A stretch of DNA of 64,000 nucleotides from contig NW_021832537.1 in NCBI RefSeq assembly GCF_006345805.1, forward strand, positions 12,936-76,935. The letters run 5' to 3'. The position numbers were made by a program, and so were the translations under genes. Of this stretch, positions 24,797 to 37,294 are shown piece by piece; position 1 is the stretch's first letter, and every line of letters begins with the position of its first letter. The notes beneath the pieces are model-generated. The model ran no database searches. It was not told where the DNA came from and saw only the letters and a program-made list of their open reading frames with translations. The DNA comes from Octopus sinensis (Eukaryota).

Positions 24797-24889
24797 TAAA
24801 CAGTAAAAAAAATTCATCCACTTGGAAAATTGTCTAATGTCTGTTGTGCGTAAACAATATCGTACTATAGCACACGAAAATAGGGGATT

Positions 24890-25600
24890 CAAAAAAGAAT
24901 AGGAGGAACGTTTTTTATGATTCAAAAGAATGGAAAAGTACATTGCTTAATATGTTATGCGACGGTAAAATCGTTAAAACCTTCTCCGTCAAAGGACATT
25001 ATAATCTTCACAAATCAATTTATAATATTTATCAAGGCGATTCTATAAAAAAGAGTAGATTTTTTAAAATCTGAATACGCAAAACGATCATCATCTTTGG
25101 ATGTGGCGCCACATCCATACTGACGCCGGAATTTTTAAGGAAGTTATTGCAATTTTTGCTAAAGAATGTTGTTCTCGAAATACAAAAGATATACTCAAAA
25201 AATTAACACTCAGCAATGATCCAGTTGCTAAAAGAATTGAATCTATATCAGATAGTATTCAGCACAAGATATTAAGTAAATTTTATCCAATGACTATTTT
25301 TAGAGAGGAAAAGTTCGCATACTTTTCATTTGCCATTGAGTGTTCTAAAGATATTACTGACGCAGAACAATTAATTTTGTCTATAATAGGAGTTTGAAAT
25401 TTATGAAGAATTTCTTTCCTTATGTTCTTTTCACCATAAAACCAAAGGGATAGATATGTTTTAAGAAATTTGTCGAGTAATTAAAGATAAAAACTTGAAC
25501 TCTTCAAGATTCATTTCCGTGGCAACTGACGAAAAAAATGTGATTTTCAAACGCAAAAGAGGTTCAGATTTTTAGTATTAGTAAAGGTTTTCCAAAGTGT
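24890..25600 (+). pseudogene. Decayed hAT transposase fragment (GTF2IRD2/ZBED5, SPIN-Charlie-like)
   Basis: LTLSNDPVAKRIESIS..FSFAIECSKDITDAEQL resembles LSNDTVARRI..FSLALDESTDI.DTAQL. Frames are broken. Confidence 0.6.
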
Positions 25601-25981
25601 GTACACTTAAATCTCTCTATATTACCACGAAAAAAACCAAATATTTCATGGCAATAAGCGGGGTGGCATTATAACGCGACCCCGCTAAAAATAATTAAAC
25701 ATAAAACATTTAATATTTATTAAAAAACTCCATAATCGTTGACTGTCTATAACTATTTTTAGACAATCCCTTTTAGTAAAGTCTTCTTCATCACTGAAAT
25801 TGATTCTTCGAAGTGTAGACAGCATTTGGTCTTCTTCATTATGTCAGTATGTTTTAGCATTACTTTCCACCGAAACATATTCATCGACATTCATCTCATC
25901 ATTCATATTCAATGTTGAAATCAATTGATTCAATAGATTTTGATCAACAATTTCTTTTCTCGAATTCTCTGTGTTATAAGT

Positions 25982-26463
25982 TTAAACATGACAAATCTTG
26001 GTTTGCCTCCAGCAGTTTTTAATTGTTTCTTCTTTTACGCTCTCCCATGATTTTCCAACAAAACGTATTGCATCATCCAACCCAATATGCGAATTGTTAC
26101 TTATTTCAAGTTGGTTAATAATATGTTTTAGCTGTGGTTTTCGGTAATGTGTTTTAAAACTATGTATTATTCCGGAATCCAATGGTTTTGACTTGTTAGA
26201 GGAAAAAAATGCACTTCAACATTCAATAACGTCTGAATAATGTGACATGGATAGTTGTCCATAATTAAAAGAATTTTTCTCCCACAGCATTTCATTTGAT
26301 TATCCAACTCCTTTATCCAATCTTGAAATATCATTGATGTGATCCATGATTTAGTATTAAATCTGTAATTCGAATATCTTAATAATAAAATGGTATGGTG
26401 AGTGTCTGTCTGTCTGTGTGTGCACACCAACTTCAAATTGGCAAAGTACAGATAAATTGTCAA
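25982..26463 (-). pseudogene. Tigger/pogo DDE_1 transposase fragment (frameshifted)
   Basis: SWITSMIFQDWIKELD..KILLIMDNYPCH and DSGIIHSFKTHYRK..DAIRFVGKSWESVKEETIKNCW. Confidence 0.8.
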
Positions 26464-26538
26464 AATCTTTCCCCCTTATAATTACCCAATAATGGGGAAC
26501 AAGCTTAAAATCATGAACTCCTCCAAGAATCTTCCACC

Positions 26539-27057
26539 CTACGATGTCCTCGACTTACATGATGAGGTCCTTAAAACCTTCCCCCAAAAAAAATTAAAAA
26601 AAAATTTTCTGCATTTTGGTTAAAATGAACAACTACGATGTCCTCGACATTCATGATGAGGTCCTTAAAACCTTCCCCCCAAAAAAAATTAAAAAAAAAT
26701 TTTCTGCATTTTGGTTAAAATGAACAACTACGATGTCCTCGACTTACATGATGAGGTCCTTAAAACCTTCCCCCAAAAAAAATTAAAAAAAAATTTTCTG
26801 CATTTTGGTTAAAATGAACAACTACAATGTCCTCGACTTACATGATGAGGACCTTAAAACCTTCCCCTCAAAAAAAAATTAAAAAAAAATTTTCTGCATT
26901 TTGGTTAAAATGAACAACTACGATGTCCTCGACTTACATGATGAGGTCCTTGAAACCTTCCCGCCAAAAAATCAAGAAATTATTTTCTGCATTTGATTAA
27001 AATGAACAACGTTAATGTCCTCGACATTCATGATGAGGTCCATTAAAACCTTCGAGG
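26539..27057 (+). repeat. Tandem minisatellite, about 95-bp unit, about 5.5 copies
   Basis: CTACGATGTCCTCGACTTACATGATGAGGTCCTTAAAACCTTCCCCC(A)nTT(A)nTTTTCTGCATTTTGGTTAAAATGAACAA starts at about 26539, 26633, 26728, 26822, 26918 and 27011. Confidence 0.95.
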
Positions 27058-28039
27058 CAAAAATCTCACGTATTAAGAATATCCTTGATGAAAATGACAG
27101 CGAGAATATTAACAATGATGAACTCCCAATTATTCGCGATAAAGAAATTCAATTCATCCTATGATTTTCTCTTTAAAATTAAATGCATATATCATTATCG
27201 ATCATGAATCAAAATTAAAGCTATTATCATATTTGACTTTGACAGAATGTGCAATTACAGATTGCACGACCTTGAATAGAGTGTGCAATTAACAGATTTT
27301 GAAAAACACTTTGATAGTTGAAACCACATTAGCACAATCATTAACACAATTTACCACCAATTGACAGCGCAATCAGAAGAATTTGCGTAAAAATATTAAC
27401 TATTTAGTTAAGTTTTTCGTAAAGATAGAATTTATTTTCGGTATGCCTCTTTTCCTAAACTTTTTTAAAAAATAATTTTTTCAATCCGAGGTGCAGCCAC
27501 GACACTTAATTAGCTGATTTAATTATTCTTAATATTTTTTAAATTTCAGTTAAACTATTTTTTCAATAGATAACCGAAGGAGGGAAGACGACCTTAAGAA
27601 AAGAAGTTTTTCGTAAAGATAGAATTTATTTTCTGTATCCTCTTTTTTCCTAATATTTTTTATTATTCAAAAATAATTTTTTAAATAGATAACCGAAGGA
27701 GGAAAAACGAAGCTGAAGAAAAAACGGTCAGCTTAAGGTAATTAAATCTTTTTTGTGTGTCGCTTTTTTGGCTGCTGCTACTCTGCCTGCCGCATCTCCG
27801 CCAGTGGTTTGTCTAATCAAGGTCACTAAGCTAAATCTCCGGACTATAAAGGCTCTTAAGCATTATCTTAACTGGCTGTTAAAAAAATTAGACAGGTTGT
27901 TGCCGTGGCGGCAGAGATTTTTTTTGTTTATACTTTTTTAACAAATTTTTAAAGTTTTTTTTTGTTTTTTCATTTCTTTTGTTTTTAAATTATTTATTTT
28001 TATTTGTTTTTTTTTATTTTTTTTGTTATTTTCTACAAA

Positions 28040-28496
28040 TTCAACCGGATTGAATTTTTAAACTCCTTAGATCCCTCTGGAATGCCGAATCATCTTTTAA
28101 AGTTAAAGATAGACGTTCCAGTGGTTTTATTACGAAATTTTGCGCCACCTAAATTATGCAACGGAACGAGGTTAGTTATCAAAAATTTGATGGCTAACGT
28201 AATAGAGGCGACGATATTAACAGGTAAGTATAGAGGTGAGGATGTTTATATTCCACGAATTCCGATAATTTCTGATGAATTACCATTTAGATTTAAAAGG
28301 CTGCAATTTCCTTTGAGGATGAGTTTTGCAATGACAATAAACAAGGCCCAGGGACAGTCATTAAAGATAGTTGGGTTATTTTTAGAGAGTGAGTGCTTTT
28401 CACATGGACAGCTGTATGTGGGATGCTCGAGGGTAGGCAGAAGAGAAAATTTATTCATATATGCCAAGGAAGGACGGACGACAAACATCGTTTATT
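28040..28496 (+). mobile_element. Helitron Pif1-like helicase C-terminal fragment
   Basis: EFLNSLDPSGMPNHLLKLK..LLRN..LCNGTRL..IPRIP..FKRLQFPLRMSFAMTINKAQGQSL..FSHGQLYVGCSRV..TTNIVY, then fused to pogo subterminal sequence. Confidence 0.85.
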
Positions 28497-28804
28497 GGCG
28501 TGGCAATAACTGAGTGGCGGGGTTTGGCATTATTAAGAGGAATTCAAAGAAGAACCAAAAATGACGTGGCAATATGCGGGGTGGCATTATAAGGGGATGA
28601 CTTTATAGAGGGGTTTAAGTGTATTAGACATTGTGCAATAGAGGGTCGTCACGACCCTAACCTATCTACAGAACTGGTTGATTTGAATTTATAATTTCTA
28701 ATCGAAATTTTCATTTCCTTTAATTTAGAAATATAATTACATTGCAAAAATGATTATAAACTTGGCTACATTTCAAAATTTATTTGTTTATTTCAGAAAA
28801 ATAA

Positions 28805-31571
28805 TTAATAAATTGTTTTTAGTGTTGGCAAAAAAATAATTTTATTCCATTCCACTCTATAGTTTAAAATCCAAAAAATCCAAAAAAATGCTAATGAAAA
28901 TATGTTAATAACTTGATAGTATGCAACATCAAATGTATATTTCATTACGAGGGTTGGGTAAATGTTCAAATTGCAACCTTTTTTTATCATTAATGAAACT
29001 GATGCCGCACACTAAATTAAAATTATCATAAAAAATACATGAATATGTGAAAGGATCGCTAGAATGCAATAATACTTAAACAGCTTTTCATAAACTGTTT
29101 CATCTACGTTATCCGATGGCGTTATATTGAATGGAAGCAAAACACTTTTAAAAATACAAAATGACGACATTTGAATGAAGTTTAAAAGAACTATTAAAAT
29201 TATAATACTACAAATTTAAACCTGCCAGTGTGTAATAATCTCCACGCAATAGGAAAGCCGAGGCGCTCCAATGTATTTCAGTAAGTGAATGGTTGTTTCC
29301 AATCAAATAATGGAACATCAAGTTTAGGAAATACCAAAATGATAAATAAAAAAAGTCGTTGTTTAACTCGTGAAAAGTATTGTGAGTAGTACAATCCCGA
29401 GGTTTGTTGGTTATATGAGAAAAATAAACATATAGTATCAGAAAGTAAATTATAAATGCCAGCATATGTAATATATTGTTAGAATATATACACAAAATTA
29501 CTATAATAAAAGCAATAGATTTGTAGTGGGAACTTTTCTCTTGATTGAATAATTTATTTGGTGTGATATAAGAATAAATAAAAACCAAAGCGGCCAATAA
29601 TGTTGAAAAATAAAATAAAAATGAAAAGAAACGTTGTCTGATAAAGCTCAGTTGAAGATATTCTTTAAAATAATACAAGTAAGTGGTAAAAAAAATAATC
29701 ATGAAACAAACTGAAGATGAAAAAAAAAATTTTAATAGTTTGCTAGATGTCTCTAACGTTATGATAAAGTAATATCCAATTGATAAAAAAATTAGCATTG
29801 TTGTATATACTATAATTGTTTGATTTGTGTTCAATACGGAAAGTTCCCTTGAGAAAAGATTACCATTAACTGACCACGTGGTAAATCGATAACAAGCAGC
29901 GAAAAGTATAGAAAATAATATAGTCGTGAGCAAAAGCATTAGGAAATACAAATTATTTAAATTTGTATTAAACAAGACGACTAAGATGAGTGAAATTATA
30001 GCCAAACACATTGAGCTAAAAGCGTTAATTTCGACAAAAAATAGGAAAAAAAATATTAAACATCCCCATATAATTGCTACAATTAAACCAAGATTAATTT
30101 TGAATTGCTTAATAACGGAAATAGTGAGCAGTACAAATATGCAAATGCTTGATGGAACAAAAAAAGACGAAGGAAGATAAGATTGGAAATAAACTAAAAT
30201 ACCGATTAATAGACATCGAAGCGTAGAAGGGACAAATTTGTTATCGGTAATACAAATTATCGGATAAATAAGATATAATGAATAAATAAAGCATTGAATT
30301 GTTATTTGAGTATCACAAATTCTCCATTTCTTGTAAATTGATTTCTTGGTTTCATTCATAAAACGATAATATAAATTGGATGCTTCTGAATAATTTTTTG
30401 ATAAATATTGAAATTCTGCTTCTTTTATATACTTTGATATTATTTCTTTTGCCTGGAGAGACTCATAAAATGTCAAAATTTGTAAAGCATTATTTCTGAT
30501 AATATCAATATTCTAAAATATATGTTGATCGTATAAAGACAATACTTTTCCTGGGTTTGTAAGTTCATTAATTACCGAACCAAGATTCTGAAAAGGGATT
30601 GGAACACCAAGTAAAGCTGCCAATGTTGGAGTAAAACTATCCTGCTCAATTTGATTTAATTCAGTCTACGATTATTTAATACATAATAATCTTACTGTTG
30701 AATAGTGATTTGCAGAAAGATTTTTTTTACTGTAAACAAATAAAGCAGTTTTTTCTTCTCCTTCCCCATCTCCGTGAGATCCATTAGGAACTGATCCATG
30801 ATCGCCAAATACAAATAAAATTGTCTCATTGTCAATGACGGATTTAATTTTGCTAAAATAAATAGAAAAAGTATTATACCCAATAAATTTATTATAAAAC
30901 TGAAGACGGTCTCTTATCGAAGGATGATTTAGACCTACGAGGTGATAAAGATGGTCCATTCCAAGGAAATGAGCAACATAGATGTCACCTTCATTATTTT
31001 CTACCATGGTTGGTAAATTATCGTCAATGAGATTGTCGATAGTATAAATATCGTCAAGATCGTTGTCGTTAGTGTGCGTTTTTGCAGAGAAATGATTATT
31101 ATACATATTTACAAGAGATACACCACCGACATAGACAATTTTTTTGTGATTAATATTTAGTTGGTTGAATATGTTATCTTCTACAAAACCGTAGTCCATC
31201 CAACTATGCCAGAATCCTGTAAAAATTGAATACAAACGATTAATAGTCATCGATGGAAACGGAGCCTCAAATGAATATAGACGTGTATTATATGGTTCAT
31301 TTATTTGCATTTTATATAGATTTGTAAGCTGATTAAGATATGTTGCTTCCCTAGAACTGTTTGTTACTACAGAGTCGAGACGTAGTCCATCAATTATTAT
31401 AATCACTGCTTTTGAAAATTTGCCCTTAAGATCCGATTTTTTGCTTATTCCATACAAGTTCCCTCTTCTTTGAGTATTTACAGTCTGGCAGTGAATTATA
31501 TTCAGATAGTTTATATAAATAAAGAATGATAGCAATATCCACCTTATTAGTATATTAATAACACTCTCCAT
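28805..31571 (-). CDS. PIGO: PIG-O-like GPI ethanolamine-phosphate transferase (copy 2)
   Basis: Same structure and motifs as copy 1 with scattered substitutions. The first intron is 27 nt and stopless, so the ORF track reads through it. Confidence 0.8.
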
Positions 31572-31779
31572 TCGAGTTTAAATGGGTATAGCGGGAAAAT
31601 TGTATATTTAAACCGCAGTTCACGAACGAGCTTGAAATTTTGCGGTTCGAAAATTTCTCATTTCCATTCTGAATCTTTAAGAAGATTATTGGATTTCAAT
31701 TTATTATGATTAAACTTATGCTTTCTGAATATCGGATGCCATAAAAATTACCTGTAAAATTTGTTTCATAATTCTGCAG

Positions 31780-32290
31780 GACATAATTAAAATTATTCCG
31801 GCTCTGGAGAAAGTCGGCCTTAGTTTAAATTTCTCTAAATGTGAAATCTCTAACTTCGGGTGCTCGCAATCTACCTTCCAAGATGCCGTTTTCTCATTCC
31901 GTGATCTTATCCCGGGAGTGCAATCTATTCATATTGACGAACTTTCTATCCTGGGAGCCCCGGTGGCTGGCAATTCTATTGATATGGCCCTACGCAAAAA
32001 GGAGTTCTTTCTCGAGGCAGTTTTTGAACGTATCAAACAGTTGGACTCACACACAGCATTATTCCTTTTACGAAATTGCTTTCTTATTTGCTACGCTCTT
32101 CTCTGTGTTTTGCTTTTCCAGAGAGATTTTCCGCCATTGACCACCTTATCTGTACTTGTACTCAAAACATATGCAATTCCCCCTTTGACGATAGGGATTG
32201 GAGACAGGCAACCCTCCTCGGGAGGTGGAATAGCTTTTTCAGCGGTTCTCGATCGCCGTTATCTTAGGGAACAGTTTGGTCCTCCTTTCG
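31780..32290 (+). mobile_element. CRE-clade reverse-transcriptase fragment (decayed)
   Basis: LEKVGLSLNFSKCEI..LSILGAPV..IKQLDSHTALFLLRNCF. Confidence 0.7.
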
Positions 32291-33239
32291 AATAATCTTT
32301 TATCACTTTTGCTTGAAATAAAAAAAATAAACTATCTTAAATGTACCAATTTCTAAATTTTCCAATTCTCAGATTTACCAATTTAAAAAATTTTTTTTAA
32401 TTTATTAGAAATTTTCTAATTTCGGAATTTGTCACTGTTTTTTCGAAATTTAACAAAAATGACTAAAATTTGCACTTAAGATCCTTTCAATTTTGACTTT
32501 AGTAATTGCATATTTCCGACAAAACAAGTAAACAAACTGTTATTTTTCCTGAAATATTAGCTTTTGAGGTTTTTTCCACAATGGGTTGCTAAGAAACCGT
32601 GGCTTTTTAGCTTTTCATACCTCTGGTTAAAAAGAACAAATTCATTTCTTGAATTCTGAAATATACTGCCTCACATCTAGGAGAAATAATTTGTTTCCAA
32701 AGCCAACTGCTCGGAGTTTTTACAGCTATATCTTTATGCATTTAAATACTAGGGAATGCAAAAAAATGGATTTGATCATCTTCAATGACAAACTCATCTG
32801 GACAGTTTTAATTGACTTCTCACAGATACTGTTTTTTCTCAATAGATTATTCAAAAGCTAGAAATCCTGAGATTTTTGATTATTGCCATTTGTTTTAATT
32901 GATTGAAGAATCCCTGACCTCCAATGACATACTTAAAAAATTCTCCCTAAACATCTTTCAAGATTTTTTCTATATAAATAAAGTCTTTTTTGTATGCCGG
33001 CTATCGTTGATATCAAACATGTTTATTATGTAAGATTGAAAACGTTGCTTTAATTTTCAGATAATTTATTCTCTGAACTTTCAAAGCGGTACGTAGATTA
33101 TTAACCCAAATTGTAATTAATAGTTATTCAGATTCCGTTTCCGTTATTTGTAGTGTTTTATTCCATCAACCTCAACTTCTTAGGGCCCACGTTTAGTGCA
33201 CGGATAAGCAGATTCATGTCGTTTAGTGCATGTTATCAA

Positions 33240-33900
33240 CGCGCAGTCTAGATTCAGGGGCTACCTCTTCAAAAGACATCGATAACCCGTGCCTTGTCTC
33301 GGCTTGCATGCTTTCTAAGGTCTTCCGCAGCACCAGTGTCTAGATGTATGCCTTCACCCTGTCCTCCACGCTAAGCACCGCCAGATGGTTTAAAAAAATT
33401 TGACACTATTACGTCCCAGGTCATGACGACAGATACGATCTTTACCTTCACCCGGTGAATCGCTCCCAGTTCATTTGCCAGCAAGTCGTATTTGTGGAAC
33501 TTTTCCACTTCGACCTGCTTGAGACAATTCTGTGAAGTGATCCCCACCTCGATAGGAGTAATTGTGTTGCATGAACAAATATGTCTGGCATGTTATTCGG
33601 AATAGCATTATCAGTCGGGAGGTTTGTATCGACTCGGATTTCTACAAATTCATTGGTGATAACGGATTGGACTAAATGGGTTTTTAATTTTTTTGACTTT
33701 TTAATTCCATATTGGCGACATAGATGTAAATGCAAGCATTTGAACACTTCGTTATAGCGTCTAAGGTAGGGACCATTAAGCATTCGCCCACATCTGGTAG
33801 CAAGGTGATCGACGGTCTTCTTGGATGAGTTGCAGCAGCATTTATTCTTTCCGTTGCTAAAAAACAAGTTTCGGGCTTGCAAAAGGCACAGATTTGCTTC
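33240..33900 (-). mobile_element. R4/Dong-like RLE non-LTR retrotransposon 3' fragment (decayed)
   Basis: VDHLATRCGRML..YLRRYNEV.KCLHLHLC..EIRVDT..NNMPDIF, then VGITSQ..EVEK.HKYDLLA in a shifted frame. Confidence 0.75.
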
Positions 33901-33993
33901 AGTCCAGGAAGAATAGAATCGTCTTCTATTTAGTTCATAACACCAATAATTATAAATTTTTATATTTTTAATTGTAAAAAATTGTTTCTATAG

Positions 33994-35846
33994 AAACAGA
34001 TCATTTTTTTGCAGTAATTAAAAAAATAGAATTGGATTTCCGAATAGCCACGTCATTTGGAAAAATGAAATCTTTTAAATTGGTATAATTATGTGTATTT
34101 ATTTAAATTTTAGATTGACGAAAATAGATTAAATAAAGAGTGTTTTCTTATTAGAAGAGCTTTAAAAGCTCAAGTTGAACATCATGAAAACGGCAAATCT
34201 CAAATTTGCTCAAAATCTACTAATAATCCTGAAAAACCAAATGAAAAAAAGGTTTCGTTTGAGAAACATAAACGAAGTATTCGTATTTTAATATTTCTTT
34301 TAGATTTGTCACCTCCAGTTCGTGATTGTCAATCGGAAAAATCAATAAAGCTTTTTTCTTTAAAACTTTTGGATAAACTGACAAACAAATTGTGTATTTT
34401 AATCGAATTTGTCAAAAATACTGATCAAAGTATTTTTTGGGAAATTAACTTATTAACAGTTTCCAGAAATGCAACAAAATCGTTAGCTTTTAGTGATGTT
34501 CAGTCTGAAAACAAACGAACACGTCTGGACAGTTACATAACTCGCTTTCAAATAAAACTTATTATTTTATTTCAACAGTTTGAAAATATCGAAATGATAC
34601 CCGTTTTTTTCTTAAAGTAACATAATAGAACTGTAATGATTTAAATGATTTGATTCTTGTTCTCAGAGGAACCGTTCGTCTGTTAGATGAACTTATAATT
34701 GCTTTACATGGAAATTACATTGGAGGCCCAATTGATCACCGAATTGATAATATTGTTGTTTTATCCAGAAAAATTTTCATTTACTGTGAAACCGTTCCAT
34801 TGCTTGCCTATGATATGACTTACAGCATTTCAGTTATTACAAAACTAGAGGTTTCACGATTTAAATAGCACGTAAATTCTTAGGAATTACTAAAACTCAG
34901 AGATGTTTATTTTTCACGTTGTTTTTATTATTCTGAAATAGTAGAGCAAAAAATGTTTGGAGTTCATATTAAGAAAAATATTTCAAATTCAAAAATAAAA
35001 ATCTGGAAAAACAAAGTAATCACATTCCATTGACTTTAATAATTCAGAAACTAGAAAATCAAAAAAAAGTTCGAACTATGCAAACAGAAATATCGAGTAT
35101 TTCAAAGAGCCACATACCAAAACACGATGTAGCCATGTTTTATAAATTTGTACTAATTTGATTTATAGAATGGCTAAAGTAGAAACTAAAAAGGTTCTGA
35201 AAACATAAATTATTTGATAGATACTTCCAGGAAAAACTAGCCACTTACCAGAGACTAAAATCCAAAATCCATACAATATTTATAGTGAAAATTCTTTAAA
35301 AAAAACAACTAACATTCTTGAAAGATTAGAAAAAATGGAATTAAATTGCAAAAACATTAGAAATAGATGGGCTCCTGTCAAATGCTTTGCAAAATCACCT
35401 TGTGAGCCCAATACATTTGTTCAACCTGTTGAGAAAAAAACAAATTTGAGCTTATCTAAAACTAAGCTACTGGCACCTAACGCATCCTCTCTGTCATCTA
35501 TTCTAGAATATAAAGACAAGTTCGATGCATATTTATCCGAGATTAACTACTTTTCAATAAGTGATAACGTTTCTCCATGGACTTTAACATCGAGGTATGT
35601 TTTATATTTAATATTTTAGAATATGCGATAAAATATGGAATGGATGTATTAATCATATTACCTGTGAAATAAGCGATATGTTAGACGATGCGATTCTAGA
35701 TGAAATAGGGGCTGAATTAGGATTTCCAGTTGATAAAGTATATTTCTTCATTAAATTTTTAGTTATTTGAACCTGCGGAAATTGAGGATGATATAATCGA
35801 TAGAGATATGTTAGGCATTCCTGGCTTTTATTCAAATATTAATTAA
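33994..35846 (+). CDS. AT-rich multi-exon gene, C-terminus resembling Moonraker/KIAA0753 (centriolar); 5' end not located
   Basis: Repeated GT-AG micro-introns keep the frame. The spliced C-terminus SILEYKDKFDAYL..SPWTLTSRICDKIWNGCINHITCEISDMLDD has the spacing I recall for KIAA0753 (SIGDYCSRFEQYL..NPW-x20-ELQDMCED). Confidence 0.4.
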
Positions 35847-37294
35847 TTTTTACTTTTTAAAATGATCTTAATTCGAATAAAATCAACATGTACAAAGCTA
35901 AAAAAATCGGCAAATTTCAAAATATTTTGAATTTTCAATTAAAAAAATGTTTTTATGAATTGTTTATTGATGTCTAAAATTAATATTTTTAACGCTTCCT
36001 TTAAATATCTGAATTTTTTGTAAATCGGCATGATCCCATAATTATTGCACTTAGATATCGAATTACATTTTATAAAATTAAATTAAAAATGGTCGGCCAA
36101 ACGACCAAACTCTCATTTTGTAGGTTTTGCCAATTTCCTCAGACTCAGGCTCAGCACACTAAACTGCACTGTTTCTAATCCTCTACGGAGAAATCGAGCT
36201 GAAATTTTAATAATCTAATTTAACACTGTGTCACAGTTAAAAGGCAGAACCCAAAAAATTTTTAAATTTTTTAACTTCTTCACTTGGAAGAGTTTATCAC
36301 AACTTTCCTTTCATTTTTTATTCCTGCGTGAAAATTTCTATTCAGCTGAGTGTCCTCGCGACATGCCAGCTCCGCAAGTTGATCTTGTGAGGTAATGCCC
36401 ACTTTGATTAAATTTATTTTTATTTTACTCTTGTCATACACAAAAATGTCAGATTTTTTGAATTGGACTTTTATTTAACTCACGAATGTCAACTCTAATT
36501 TCGACATTTTGGGTCGACTTAATTGACCCAACCAAATGTCATTTTAATATCCTGCTTCGTTTGATTCCATACATTTGACACAAGTGAAGATTAAGACATT
36601 TATTGACCAAAGGACATTTACAGACATTTATTGACAGTAGTGAAGATGGATACACTTAATCATTTCATTATGTCTTCGGAAATAATCTAAAAATATTTAT
36701 TAAGATTAAATCAAAAAAATATTATTATTAAAAATGACAACTCAGGTTCCCGCTTCGGCGCGGTTCCACCTCTTATCTGTGACACAATATAACATGAAAT
36801 AAAATTAAAAATTCAAAAAATTTTGGGACAACTCATTAATTTCCTAAATTTGCTATGAATGATTTTCTAGTTAAACATCATGAGACAAAATGGATTGCTG
36901 CAATTGAAGGCCAGCGTCTAAAAATAAAATTTCGATTTTGAAAAATTTCAGCATTTGTATAGGAGTTAAAGGAAGTTTTATTAGATTAAAAGACGATAAC
37001 GTTTAGTAATTTAAAGGATTCTTGGTTATTTTTTTCTTTTGTTGGCAATTCACGTTATTTCTCATCTTCTATTTCATTTTACAGCATTTAACTTGGTTAG
37101 TAGCAGAGGCGTAGTATTCAGCAGATATCCTGGCTCTATTTGAATATTCATGCAATCGAGAGTCCTTTTCAGTTCAACTGATTGAAGTCCTCGTTGATAG
37201 ATATTTTATGCATATAATCTGAAAAATAAAGTTGTGTTTTTAATCAAATTAAAAATGAAAAAACCGAGTTTAGGAAAAGAACAGTAAATAATAA

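Larger units (their letters stand above)
25602..28623 (-). mobile_element. pogo/Tigger-type DNA transposon with TA-flanked TIRs, enclosing a transposase remnant, a 95-bp tandem array and a Helitron helicase fragment
   Basis: TACACTTAAATCTCTCTATA (25602-25621) is the inverted match (18/20) of TATAGAGGGGTTTAAGTGTA (28604-28623). GTGGCATTATAA subterminal motifs occur at both ends. Confidence 0.7.

Noticed and set aside
26539-27057. CRISPR-like array (also considered for the 169-bp repeat)
   Set aside because: Units are contiguous with no unique spacers, there are no cas genes, and the context is eukaryotic.
30672-31571. Intron loss in PIG-O copies 2 and 3
   Set aside because: The intron is still present as a 27-nt stopless GT-AG segment that the ORF finder reads through.
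36745-36765. cUUCGg tetraloop suggesting a structured RNA
   Set aside because: The stem is only 3 bp and there are no other ncRNA features.
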